From IMG/VR virus record IMGVR_UViG_3300048996_000163, positions 68,718 through 132,717 of that record: a stretch of 64,000 bases of DNA. One strand, given 5' to 3'. Every line of letters begins with the position of its first letter. Within the stretch, counting starts at the first letter, position 1. The notes under the pieces were generated by a model that saw only the letters and a program-made list of their open reading frames with translations, searched no databases and was not told the DNA's origin. Both the position numbers and the translations under genes were made by a program. This DNA is from a virus. Of this stretch, positions 50,446-59,930 are shown piece after piece.

Positions 50446-51090
50446 CTGAACGCAGCTCGTTTCGCCGCAGCCCTGACCGTCGCCGCGTCCCTCATCGCCG
50501 TTCCCGCACCACCCGCCGCCGCGCACACGCCCGTCGACGTAGCCAGCATCCCGCAGCAGCTCGCCGCCCGCACACCGCTCCCCCGCGCCGACAGGTGGTT
50601 CGAGCGTCGCGTCGCGCCGGTGCCGCCCGTTACCGAAGTCGTCGCGGGGAAGCCGAAGAAGCCGCCGGTGAAGATCGTCAAGCCGAGTGTGAAGCCGGTG
50701 AAGAAGACCTCGCAGAAGGCCACCGTCGAGGTGACGACCGTGACCGCGTCCGGCTCCATCGGCGCCGTCCTGGCGTACGCCCGCGCGCAGCTGGGCAAGC
50801 CGTACGTGTGGGCCGCCGCCGGTCCGGGTGGTTTCGACTGCAGCGGGCTGGTCATGGCGAGCTTCGCGCGGATCGGGGTCAAGCTTCCGCACCAGACCGG
50901 CGGACTCATTGGGCGCGGGCGGGCCGTCACCCGTGCGCAGCTGCGTCCCGGCGACCTGGTGTTCCCGAGCTCGGGGCACGTCGGGATCTACGTCGGCGGC
51001 AACCAGATGATCCACGCGCCGAAGCCCGGCGACCACGTGAGGATCGCAACGGTGTACGCGTTCTACGCCGGACGTCGTATCGTCGGGTAG
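50446..51090 (+). CDS. secreted NlpC/P60 peptidoglycan endopeptidase (probable CTG start)
   Basis: LGKPYVWAAAGPGGFDCSGLV...HVGIYVG...MIHAP; signal peptide only if translated from CTG 50446. Confidence 0.85.
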   Translation: MNAARFAAALTVAASLIAVPAPPAAAHTPVDVASIPQQLAARTPLPRADRWFERRVAPVPPVTEVVAGKPKKPPVKIVKPSVKPVKKTSQKATVEVTTVTASGSIGAVLAYARAQLGKPYVWAAAGPGGFDCSGLVMASFARIGVKLPHQTGGLIGRGRAVTRAQLRPGDLVFPSSGHVGIYVGGNQMIHAPKPGDHVRIATVYAFYAGRRIVG

Positions 51091-51233
51091 TCCGCTGAAG
51101 CCCTCCCCGGGTATGAGCGGCGGGTCAGCCTGTGGCCGCTGCGGCACTGACGCTCGATAGGTACCGCGCCAGCGAGATCGGGTCCCTGCGGGGAAGCAGT
51201 GCCTGTCGCCAGTCGAAGCCGTACGGACAAGCG

Positions 51234-51278
51234 GAAGCCCCGACCTCGTTACGAGTAGCCGGGGCTTCTTGCTGTCTT
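51234..51278 (+). terminator. intrinsic terminator
   Basis: GAAGCCCCG...CGGGGCTTC followed by TTGCTGTCTT. Confidence 0.6.
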
Positions 51279-51307
51279 CGGAGTCGGGGCGGGCTTATCG
51301 TTTGGGC

Positions 51308-51475
51308 ATGAACGAACCCGCGCTCCTCGTCAACGTCACCAGCGTCCCGCTGACCGCGCTCCTCCTCGAGCACGAGGACACGCCGGTTGTCCGCTCCATC
51401 CGACGCCTGCAGGCGAGTCTCGAGGACCCGAACGGGGTGCTGTCCGCGTTCAGCTCGTTCATCGACAAGGTCTAG
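51308..51475 (+). CDS. fxsA: FxSxx-COOH (FxsA-like) RiPP precursor peptide
   Basis: LVNVTSVPLTALL...DTPVVRSIRRL...VLSAFSSFIDKV. Confidence 0.7.
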   Translation: MNEPALLVNVTSVPLTALLLEHEDTPVVRSIRRLQASLEDPNGVLSAFSSFIDKV

Positions 51476-52011
51476 GCAGCGAGCCAGCCGCCCGACTCTA
51501 CGACCCTGACCCGCCGTGCCGTCGGTTCCAGGTGCACACCCGACAGACCGCGCTGTTCGGCCTTGCGCACCGCGCTCGCCGTGCCGCCATCCACCTTGCC
51601 CGCTAGTAGCACCGCCACGACAGCGGCCGACTCGGCGAGCATCGCATCGTTGCGGGCGTGGAGGAGCCGGACCGCCTCGCGCCGGTCTCGAGGATTCGGC
51701 CCGACAACCCGCACGACTGTCGCCAGCCCGCGGAGCCGCGTCCACTCGGCGCGCTCTACAGGCGTCCACCGGTCCGCCTGCGTCTCGAACGGGATGTAGG
51801 CGTGGAGCTCCAGCCCGGCGGCGAGGACGGCGTGCGCCCACCAGGTGTCGACGCCCAACGCCATCCCGCTGATGCCGACCTTCATGCCGTGCTCGTCACG
51901 CAGCCAGACGGCGCCGACGGTCAGCTTCTCCCGCACCCAGTGGACCGCAGACGGGTCGAGGTGCTGCGGACGGTGCCCGGTCGCGCAGACAGCAGGCCAC
52001 GAGGCAGTCAC
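51472..52011 (-). CDS. SLOG superfamily protein (YspA/DUF1273-like)
   Basis: ATGHRP, ISGMALGVD, RNDAML, GGTASAVRKA. Confidence 0.8.
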   Translation of the reverse strand: MTASWPAVCATGHRPQHLDPSAVHWVREKLTVGAVWLRDEHGMKVGISGMALGVDTWWAHAVLAAGLELHAYIPFETQADRWTPVERAEWTRLRGLATVVRVVGPNPRDRREAVRLLHARNDAMLAESAAVVAVLLAGKVDGGTASAVRKAEQRGLSGVHLEPTARRVRVVESGGWLAA

Positions 52012-52237
52012 AGCGGCTTCCTCAGCGTGCGCCGGTCCACGAGCAACCCCTTGCCCTTCAGCGCCTTAACGATCCCGCCGGCCTCTCCCCAGTGCCCCAA
52101 CCGAATCTCCGCCCACCCGTCGCGCTGCGCCAGTTCGCTGGCGATGATGACACGTGGGTCGGTGCTTTCCGGGTCGAACTGGCGGGATTTCCCATCGTCG
52201 CACCGGCGGTGCCCGAACGGGCCGGTGACGGACGCCA

Positions 52238-52873
52238 TCACGCCACCGTGCCTAGCACCGGCAGCGCCGGGATCGTCCCGGCGAGGAATCCGCCCGCGTT
52301 CGTCGTGAAGTGCGGCGCCGCCCGCGTCTCCCACCACGACCGCATCGCCACCACCGTCTCCTCGACCTGGGTCCGCTTGTGCGTGAACGTCACCTCACGC
52401 TCCCCCGACGCCCGCACGACGACCCGTCCGCGCTTGCAGCCGTCCGGGTAGTCGTTCCAGTTGATGCCCTTCTCCGCCCACAGCAGTTCCTGCGCCTGCG
52501 CCGAGTTGACCCCGTGCAGCCGCTTGTGCGGGAACACCGCCTGCGCCGCCATCGAGATCGAGTTGCGGACCGCGTCGCGCTGCCGCCAGATCATGTAGTT
52601 CGCGACCTCGTTCGGGTCGGAGATCGTGAACACCCGCGCGTCGAACATCGCCAGCCTGCCAGGACGACGGGCGTTCAGAGTCGCGGTCGCCACCGACGCC
52701 GCGACGGAACACCACTTCTGCACCTCCGCCGCCTCGACCACGTCGGCCAGCTGGTCGTTGGTCATGTCGGCGAGCAGGCGCTCCGCCACGTACGGGTCAA
52801 GCTTCAGCGTGCTGAGGACGTGGGCAACCGCGAGGCGGACAGCGTCGTACTTCTCGCGCGTTCGCGGCGTCAT
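52238..52873 (-). pseudogene. N-terminally truncated tRNA(His) guanylyltransferase (Thg1-like) chimera
   Basis: VQKWCSVAAS, FDARVF, YMIWRQRDAVRNSI, INWNDYP..KRG present; catalytic DG..FH and QSDEIS motifs absent. Confidence 0.75.
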
Positions 52874-55254
52874 GGTGCCCCCTCCGCCGCGTCGTTCAGC
52901 TCTTCCTTCGCCAGCGCGATGTAGTTCCGCGCCCGGCGCAGAGCGGCGCCCCGCTTGCCGGTCGGCTGATCCCGCACGTCGGAGCGCAGCCAGTCCTGCG
53001 CGTCGCCGAGCAGCTTGTACGCCTCTGAGCGGACCGTCTCGAATCGGGGCAGCATCAGCGCTCCACATCCACGTCGGCGTCGGGCTGGAACGCCAGCCGG
53101 TACCGCAGATTCGGCGTTGACCCGAGCCACTGGAAGTCGGTCGCGCCCGTCACCTCGGGCAGGCGGTCCGGGTCGCCGAAGCTGCCCGGCTTGGGCACCT
53201 CGACGTCGACGAAGATGCGGTCCCACTTCGGGTCATCGGGCACGAGGTCGCCCCACGGCGCGTCGGAGACGACGAGCGTGCCGATCGCGGTGGGGATCCG
53301 GTCGCCGATGGTCAGGTCTGCGGGCTTCACCTGGTCACCTCAAATGTCCCGTCGGGCGTACGGATGCCCGCACCGAAGGTGATTCCCTCCGGGTTCCGCC
53401 AGACGGCGATACGCCCCCTGACGTTCAGCATGAACCGGATCTCCCGGCGGTTGGCGATCTCCTCAGCAACCTCGTCCAGATCGGCATCCTTGTCCACCTC
53501 CCAGTCCCAGGCTCGGGTCGAATGGATCGGCGGGAGCGTCGTCCAGTCCGTCTCATTACGGCTGAGGTCGATCGTCTGGACTGCGTAGGTGACGTACATG
53601 CTGGTCTCCTTAACGCCGCGAACGGCAGGTCGATGGTCGGGTGGGTGTGGTCGTCGCCGAACATGGCGTCGCCGGCGGAGTCGTCAGCGACGTGAACGCC
53701 CTCGCACCGACCGAGGCCACGCAGGCGGCGGAGGGCGGCGAGCCGGATGTGGGCGAGGTGTAGGTCGTGGGCGCGGGCGGCGTCGACGTACCGGCCGAGC
53801 TCGACCACGGCGGCCTCTTCGCGGGTCACGACGCACCGCCGAAGTCGGCGAGGTTGACCGTCTCGTACAGCTGCACGCCGCTGCCCTCGTCGACGTAGAC
53901 CCGGACCTGGGTCAGGTCCTTGCGGAGCATCCCGAGCCGGTAGTCGTCGGCCATCTGCTGCACGTAGCGGTACGCGGCGGGCTTCGACTCGTGGCGCTTG
54001 TACGCAGAGCCGGGCGTGGTCCGTGTCGACCACTTCTTGCGCGGGCTGGCCATCAGGCACCCACCTCCCGCAGGTGCTCCTCGACGGCGACCTCGGCGTC
54101 CTCGCGCTCCTCGAACCCGGTGTCGTCCCAGCCGCAGGAGCAGCCGGCGTCGAACGTCTGGTCGTCCTGCTCGTCGACGGTGGCGACGTGGTCGAACTCG
54201 CTCATCACTCCCCCGTCCCGACGCGCAGCACGATCGCGTGCTCGCCCCGAACGAGCTGGTCGATGTGCTCGTCGCGGATCGGCCCGCTGACGTGCGTCGC
54301 GGCCCACGGCGAGAAGACCTCCTCGGAGTCCTCCTCCTTGAAGAACGCGCCGCCGATGGTGGCGACGACCGACCCGACGGGCAAGGTCGCGGCGGCGGGC
54401 CGGTCGATGGCCCACTTGACGGCGTCGATCGCGGTGCGCAGGTCGCAGCCCGTCTTGTCGCGGACGATCTTCGTGGCGCGGATGACGCTGACCTGCTCGT
54501 CGTGGGTCGCGGATTCGCTGGCGACGGCGGCGATGGCAGCGGTGCGGATCTCGTCCATCAGGCACCGCCGACGGAGCGCAGGACGACAGTCGCGAGAGCG
54601 CGCAGGTCATCGACGGTCAATGGATCGGGGTGGCCCTCCCACGCCTCGTCCAGGAGCGCCCGGACAGCGTTGTCGATGACGCGGTCGGCGGTCAGGGCAG
54701 CGGTAGCCACCTCGGCGATCTGCCCCGCGCCCATCGTGTGGTTGCCGTCGGCGACGCGGATCGCGTTGGCGATGACGTCGATCGGGTTGGTCATCAGGAC
54801 TCCTCGGAGCGGACGAAGCGCCGCACGAACACGTCAGCGCTGATGCGGGTCGTACGGGCGGGCGGGTAGTCCATCGCGGTCCAGCCGGTCCGGGCGCGCA
54901 CCTGCCAGGAGCTGAAGCCCTCGACGAACCCGTCCGGGTCGGAGGCCGTGACGGCGACGAGACGGCGGTAGCGGGTCTTGTCCCGCCACTCGCGGCGGTC
55001 GGTCATCGGGCGCTGGTCGATCCAGGTCTGGCCCGGCTGCGGGGTGGCGGTCATTGGGCCATCTCGCGGACCGGGCCGTAGTCAACGACGAGGCGCCGCC
55101 AGTCCGCGATCTCCATGCCGTCGGCGCTGGTCCACTTGCCGCGTCGGCCGCGATTACCCCGGGTCCACACCTCGCCTTCGGTGTCGACAACCTTTTCCAG
55201 GTCGTCTGGGGCGTCCGGGACGCCGAACGTGCGGACGTTGACCTCGTCACTCAT
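52870..55254 (-). CDS. array of small coupled hypothetical ORFs (52870-53055, 53055-53330, 53327-53599, 53826-54053, 54053-54205, 54205-54558, 54558-54794, 54794-55054, 55051-55254)
   Basis: TGATG/ATGA overlaps. Confidence 0.6.
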
Positions 55255-55356
55255 GGGTCCATCCTGACACTTGATGTTGCAACACCCTGTTGCATCTCCA
55301 CCGAGAGTACGCCGCTGCGCTACCGCGATGCAACACGATGATGCATAATTGCCCGC

Positions 55357-55605
55357 ATGGACGACGACGTGACCGCAGCACTTGCCCAGATCAAGCGGGC
55401 AGCAGCGGCCCACGCGCGCGCCCAGAAGCGCGAGGAACAGACCCGCGCCGAGTTGCATACAGCCATTGTCGAAGCGTTCCGGCACGGCGCCCGGCCGGTG
55501 GAGGTTGACGAGGTCAGCCCCTACGACCGCAACCACAACGGCCGCATCCGTGCCGCCGCCGACATCCCCGGTGTCCGCGAGCAGAAGAAGGCCGCCGAGC
55601 AGTAG
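55357..55605 (+). CDS. small HTH regulator (leaderless)
   Basis: CATAAT 7 nt before ATG; TGTTGCA operator repeats at 55275-55335. Confidence 0.65.
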   Translation: MDDDVTAALAQIKRAAAAHARAQKREEQTRAELHTAIVEAFRHGARPVEVDEVSPYDRNHNGRIRAAADIPGVREQKKAAEQ

Positions 55606-56147
55606 CTACCCCTGCTCCCGAGCCCGCCGCGCCGCCCGACCCAGCGCCTCCGCGAGCGCCTCAGCCACAGCCGCCGACCACGCCAGGCCGCGCATCGAGA
55701 ACGACACCTGCACCGGGCCCGAACGGTGCTGCTGCAGGACGACCGCGCCGTACTTCAGGCCGCCGACGACGACCGGCCACTCAGGGCTCTGGTGGGGCAT
55801 GCCGGCAGCGACCGCGGCGGACGGGCAGGTGGCGGTGTCGCACCACTTCGGGTGCGTGAGGGTCGCGGCGGTCACAAGCCCACCCCCGCCTCCGCGAGCA
55901 GGTCATCCACCGCCGGGGCGAGAGACTGCGCCACCACCAGCGGCACCGCCAGACGCTCATCACCGAACCGGAGCTCCAGCCGCGGCACCCGCGCACCCAC
56001 CGGCTGCACCAGGCGCAGCACCAGGGCGTCGACCGTCGACGGGGCCGAGCGGTGCATCCCGACCTGGAAGCCGTTCACCGGCGGGCGCTCGATCGTGCAG
56101 AAGGCGGGGATGCACCACTGCGGGTGCGGAAACTGGTCGGCGTCCAC
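55606..56147 (-). CDS. two HPxWC-motif small proteins (55606-55875, 55872-56147)
   Basis: HPKWCDTATC and HPQWCIPAFC, each followed by HxS. Confidence 0.6.
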
Positions 56148-56344
56148 GAGACCTCCGGGGGTGAGGTGTGGTCGGAGGCGGGCCGGCGCGGGAGTCTGCC
56201 GAGCGCAGTGACCGCGCCGACCCTTGGGCCTCCACCAGGTTTGCCGACTCGGGAGAGGCCCCGCCGCGAGTCTTACATATTTGCCCTGGCGAAAGAAGAA
56301 AGCGGCGGAGTGGTCTACTACCCGTGCCGACTCGGGAGACCCAC

Positions 56345-56584
56345 ATGCCCGCCAAGAAAGGCCCCTCGTACCACGAGGTGGCCGCAGATCTGCGTTCCAA
56401 GATTCGCCGGGGCGAGTATCCGGCGGGCTCCCGTCTGCCCACGAAACGCGACCTGAGCGCCAAGTACGGCGTGTCGATGCAGACCATCGACTCGGCGAAG
56501 ATCCTCCTGCGTATCGAGGGTCTCATCGTGGACCGGACCCGCGCAGGGACGTACGTCGCTGACCCGCTGCCGCCGTCTACGTAG
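56345..56584 (+). CDS. GntR-family wHTH regulator (KorSA-like, DNA-binding domain only)
   Basis: YHEVAADLRSKIRRGEYPAGSRLPT..LSAKYGVS...GTYV. Confidence 0.85.
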   Translation: MPAKKGPSYHEVAADLRSKIRRGEYPAGSRLPTKRDLSAKYGVSMQTIDSAKILLRIEGLIVDRTRAGTYVADPLPPST

Positions 56585-56864
56585 GCCGCGCAGATGAGAG
56601 CAGTCTGGCCGTTCGGCGTAAAGTAACCATCCGTCTGGCGGTCGACCTAGGTCAGCCCCTGAGCGCGAACGGGTGCAGAATCGGGGGCGAGTCATCCGAG
56701 CGCAAGGCTCGGGTCCTCCCCCTGGGAACGACCTGAGGGGCGCCCCACCCCGCGAAACTTGGCTGACCCCCGAGCGAGCGGGGTGGGGCGTTCTGTATGT
56801 GCAAGCAACCATACGTACACCCGGTGCAGCCAACCCCACACGGCGCGCATTCACTCACGGATTG

Positions 56865-56918
56865 TCATTTCGTTTTTGCGGACCGACACAGGCGTGCGCA
56901 CCCGCAAACACCAAATGA
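56865..56918. mobile_element. candidate intact attP of the serine integrase
   Basis: 17-bp arms (15/17) TCATTTCGTTTTTGCGG / CCGCAAACACCAAATGA, symmetric about GG at 56891-56892, 12 bp from the int stop. Confidence 0.6.
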
Positions 56919-56930
56919 GATAGCCGCAGG

Positions 56931-58415
56931 TCATTTGCCGTGCAGGTACTGAAAGCGGAACGCCGAGAGTCGTTCGGCCTCCGGTTCGCGGTAGTACCGT
57001 GCGCGCCGGACCGAGAAGGACCGCATCACCGACCTGAGCCCCCGGTTGCGTTCGGGGTCAGTCAAGTCCGGCCAGTGGTCCAGCAACTGCTCCACGAGGA
57101 CGACCACCTCCCCCGGCCTCGGGGCCTCGGCGAGTCCGCGGGCCGTGTCCAGCTGCGCGACCTGACTGGCCTCGTCGTCGGTGAACTGGGCCATCGCCCG
57201 GCCGTACGCGTCGTCACTGACCGCCCCGCGAGCCCACGCCTCGGCGAGCTTCCCCATCGCCTCGCGCGTCCTCTCCAGTTCACGCTCCACCCTCGGGACG
57301 CTCGCCCACGCGGTCGACCGTTTCGCCTCCCGTGCCTCCACCGCGGCCGGGTTGCCCCGCAGGTCGGCGCCGTGGAGGCGGACCTCGTCGAGGACGGCCG
57401 CCTCAACGGGGTCATAGAGGGGGGTGCCGACGCCGCCGCAGGCCGCCGTCTGCTTCTTGCGGTTGCAGAACAGGCGCCGCACCCTGTCGGGGTTCTCCTT
57501 CGAGTGCATGACCTGGACCCGGTAGCCGCAGTGCAGGCAGACACCGAGGCCGGTCAGCGAGTACGCCGGTTCGAGGTGCCGTGGTGGGGTCTGCTGGTCG
57601 GCACCGAGGCGTTTCTGCGTCAGGCGCCACGTGTCGGGGGTGACGAGCGGCGGGTGCTGGTCGGGGATCTCGATGTAGCCGCCGGTGGACGAGTTCAGGA
57701 CGACGCGGCCGATGTAGACGGGGTTGCGGAGCATCTCCTTGACGTTGCGCCGGTCGATGGGTTTGCCGCGGGCGAGCGCGAACGCCGCAACGATCTCGGA
57801 TACGGGTGCGCCGGCCGCGTAGCTGTCGAACATGGCGGTGATGGCGGGGCCGAGGATGGGGTCGGGGATGCGGGTTCCGTCCGGGCCTGCGATGTATCCC
57901 TGGCTGACGGGGCCGTGGATCTGGCCGCGGCGTGCCCGGCGTTCGATGATCCGTGCCCAGCTCTCGCCGATCTGGTTGCCCTGGAGTTCGGCCATGTTGA
58001 GCCACATGCCGATCATGAACTGGTCTTCGGGTGTGTCGCCGATCTTTTCCGTGGCGGAGACGATGGTGACACCGCGTTCGCGGAGCCAGCGGATGAAGGA
58101 GAGGGATTCGGCGAGGTTCCGGCCGACGCGGGACAGGGCGTAGACGGCGATGACGTCGACCTGGCGTGCTTCGACCATGGCGCGGATCCGGTCGAGGCCC
58201 TTGCGGTTGAAGCTTCTGCCCGAGACGTCGATGTCGTCGTCGATGACCTCGACCTCTTGGAGGCCCTGGCGTTGGACGAGGTCACGCATGCTGGCGACCT
58301 GGACGTCCGGTGAGTGGAAGGCGTCGCCGCCACGGCCCATGAGTGCGCTGACGCGGACGTAGAGGACGGTCCGGCCGGCACTGGGGACGGATTTGAGTCG
58401 CCTACGTGGGGGCAT
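56931..58415 (-). CDS. int: large serine recombinase (integrase)
   Basis: YVRVS catalytic motif, SRVGRN, LRNPVYIG, HPPLV, CxxCG zinc ribbon, coiled coil. Confidence 0.92.
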   Translation of the reverse strand: MPPRRRLKSVPSAGRTVLYVRVSALMGRGGDAFHSPDVQVASMRDLVQRQGLQEVEVIDDDIDVSGRSFNRKGLDRIRAMVEARQVDVIAVYALSRVGRNLAESLSFIRWLRERGVTIVSATEKIGDTPEDQFMIGMWLNMAELQGNQIGESWARIIERRARRGQIHGPVSQGYIAGPDGTRIPDPILGPAITAMFDSYAAGAPVSEIVAAFALARGKPIDRRNVKEMLRNPVYIGRVVLNSSTGGYIEIPDQHPPLVTPDTWRLTQKRLGADQQTPPRHLEPAYSLTGLGVCLHCGYRVQVMHSKENPDRVRRLFCNRKKQTAACGGVGTPLYDPVEAAVLDEVRLHGADLRGNPAAVEAREAKRSTAWASVPRVERELERTREAMGKLAEAWARGAVSDDAYGRAMAQFTDDEASQVAQLDTARGLAEAPRPGEVVVLVEQLLDHWPDLTDPERNRGLRSVMRSFSVRRARYYREPEAERLSAFRFQYLHGK

Positions 58416-58846
58416 CAGCGGATGCTTCGCAGGGGGTGGGGCCGCGGTTGCGACCGGGGTGGGTCGGCGTGGTTCATGCCGTCGATGATGCCGTCGCTGT
58501 TGCGCTGGTCGCCGTACGTCTCGATGTCCTGGCGGAGCCTGTCGATGCATCCGCAGATGCGTTCGGTGCCGCTGACGATGGCGAAGAGGACCCAGGCGGT
58601 GCCGGCGGCGGCGCGGAGTGCCGGTGCGGCGTCTGGCCAGTGGTCGAGGGTGGCGATGATGGCGGTTGCGGTGATGATTGCGGCGCCCACAAGGGAGGCG
58701 GTGCGAAGCGGGGTCACTGCCTGCTGCCCTCCGGAGGTCAGCGCGAGGCGGCGGCTCCGCCTCGCGTGTACGGCTGACCCCCGAAACGCGTGGTCCGATG
58801 TCGTCTTAACGCGATTCCACCTGTTCCAGCAACGGAACATTGTCAT
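58415..58846 (-). CDS. two-TM membrane protein coupled to int (start uncertain)
   Basis: Two hydrophobic helices; TGATG overlap. Confidence 0.6.
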   Translation of the reverse strand: MTMFRCWNRWNRVKTTSDHAFRGSAVHARRSRRLALTSGGQQAVTPLRTASLVGAAIITATAIIATLDHWPDAAPALRAAAGTAWVLFAIVSGTERICGCIDRLRQDIETYGDQRNSDGIIDGMNHADPPRSQPRPHPLRSIR

Positions 58847-59505
58847 GGACTAACCATCTGGGTGATCTTTCAGACCGAACGTTTCTGCAGCTGGGAACGG
58901 TAAGGATCGATGAGCCGACTGGTCATTGCTCGAAGGAACTCGATGTCCTCGCGGCTCAGCGGGCTGTCGCTCCCGATCATTCTTTGCAGCTCAAGCACCA
59001 ACGGGTCATAGACCGCCGGGTCCGCGTCGACCCCCGTGTGGTGGCCGGCCGCAGCGAGCAGTGCGCCATGCTTCGCCGCTACCGCCGTGTCGCGATCGAC
59101 GCTTGCGGTGCGGGGGTCGAGTTGTGCGTCGATGAGTGCTGCGGCGATCCGGCCGAGGGTGTCGGTGTCGGGATTCGCGACTCCTCCGTAGATCAACCGC
59201 GTCACCGTCGACGGGCTGACGTTGGCAGTCCGGGCGAGGGCCGCCGCCTTGAGTCCGGCGTCCCTCATCTCGCGTAGGAGCCGGTACCCGAACTCGGTCG
59301 GCGTCCTGTCAGTCCGCGTGTTCCCCACGCGGAACAACACTACGGCACCACGCTGCCGAGGTATGCGCGCACCCGTGACGGCGCGCCGATTGGCTCGATC
59401 TAACGCATCCATGCCGATCACTGCCATGCGTCGGACGGTACACCAGATCTTCCGGCGCCGGAATTCCCACCGAACGGATGAACCGATTTCCTTCCGTCGA
59501 CGGAA
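58824..59505. promoter_or_regulatory. four TTCC-N5-CGGAA operator palindromes
   Basis: 58824-58837, 59321-59334, 59450-59463, 59492-59505. Confidence 0.6.
58870..59328 (-). CDS. XRE immunity repressor
   Basis: LARTANVSPSTVTRLIYG; C-terminus resembles 13941-14354. Confidence 0.8.
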   Translation of the reverse strand: MGNTRTDRTPTEFGYRLLREMRDAGLKAAALARTANVSPSTVTRLIYGGVANPDTDTLGRIAAALIDAQLDPRTASVDRDTAVAAKHGALLAAAGHHTGVDADPAVYDPLVLELQRMIGSDSPLSREDIEFLRAMTSRLIDPYRSQLQKRSV

Positions 59506-59526
59506 CATTTCGGGTACGTTCCTTGC

Positions 59527-59844
59527 ATGGCAAGAACAAGCGCCAATCCGGTGCATCGCCGGAACAGCGGACCGCCGAGCAGGACTTTCCCCAGGGCCGT
59601 CGTCAAGCTCCGCGGCCAAGCACTGAAGGACCTGTTCGAAGCCGAAGGCGTCAAGAGCCTCCGCGGCCAGGTCGCCGAGCTCAACCACTCGAGCATCGCC
59701 GCACTCAGCCGCGCCTACGACGACGGCGCAGTCTCCGCCTTCCTCATCGCCGCCGTCCGGCTCCGGTTCCCCCACGTCCCCTACGAGCAGCTCTTCACCG
59801 AAAGCGAGGAGTCGGCCGATGCGCGAACGCAGGCAGCCGCTTGA
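59527..59844 (+). CDS. Cro-like protein
   Basis: Divergent from the repressor; degenerate HTH. Confidence 0.6.
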   Translation: MARTSANPVHRRNSGPPSRTFPRAVVKLRGQALKDLFEAEGVKSLRGQVAELNHSSIAALSRAYDDGAVSAFLIAAVRLRFPHVPYEQLFTESEESADARTQAAA

Positions 59845-59930
59845 CCCGAACAGCGAAGCCGGCAAGGCCACCGCTGAAGCCCTGACGGCATTCCTCGCAT
59901 CCGTCGGTCCCCGGGTTCGCCAGCGCCGAC

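Noticed and set aside
51143-51203. hammerhead ribozyme
   Set aside because: CUGACGC and GAAG deviate from the required CUGANGA and GAAA core
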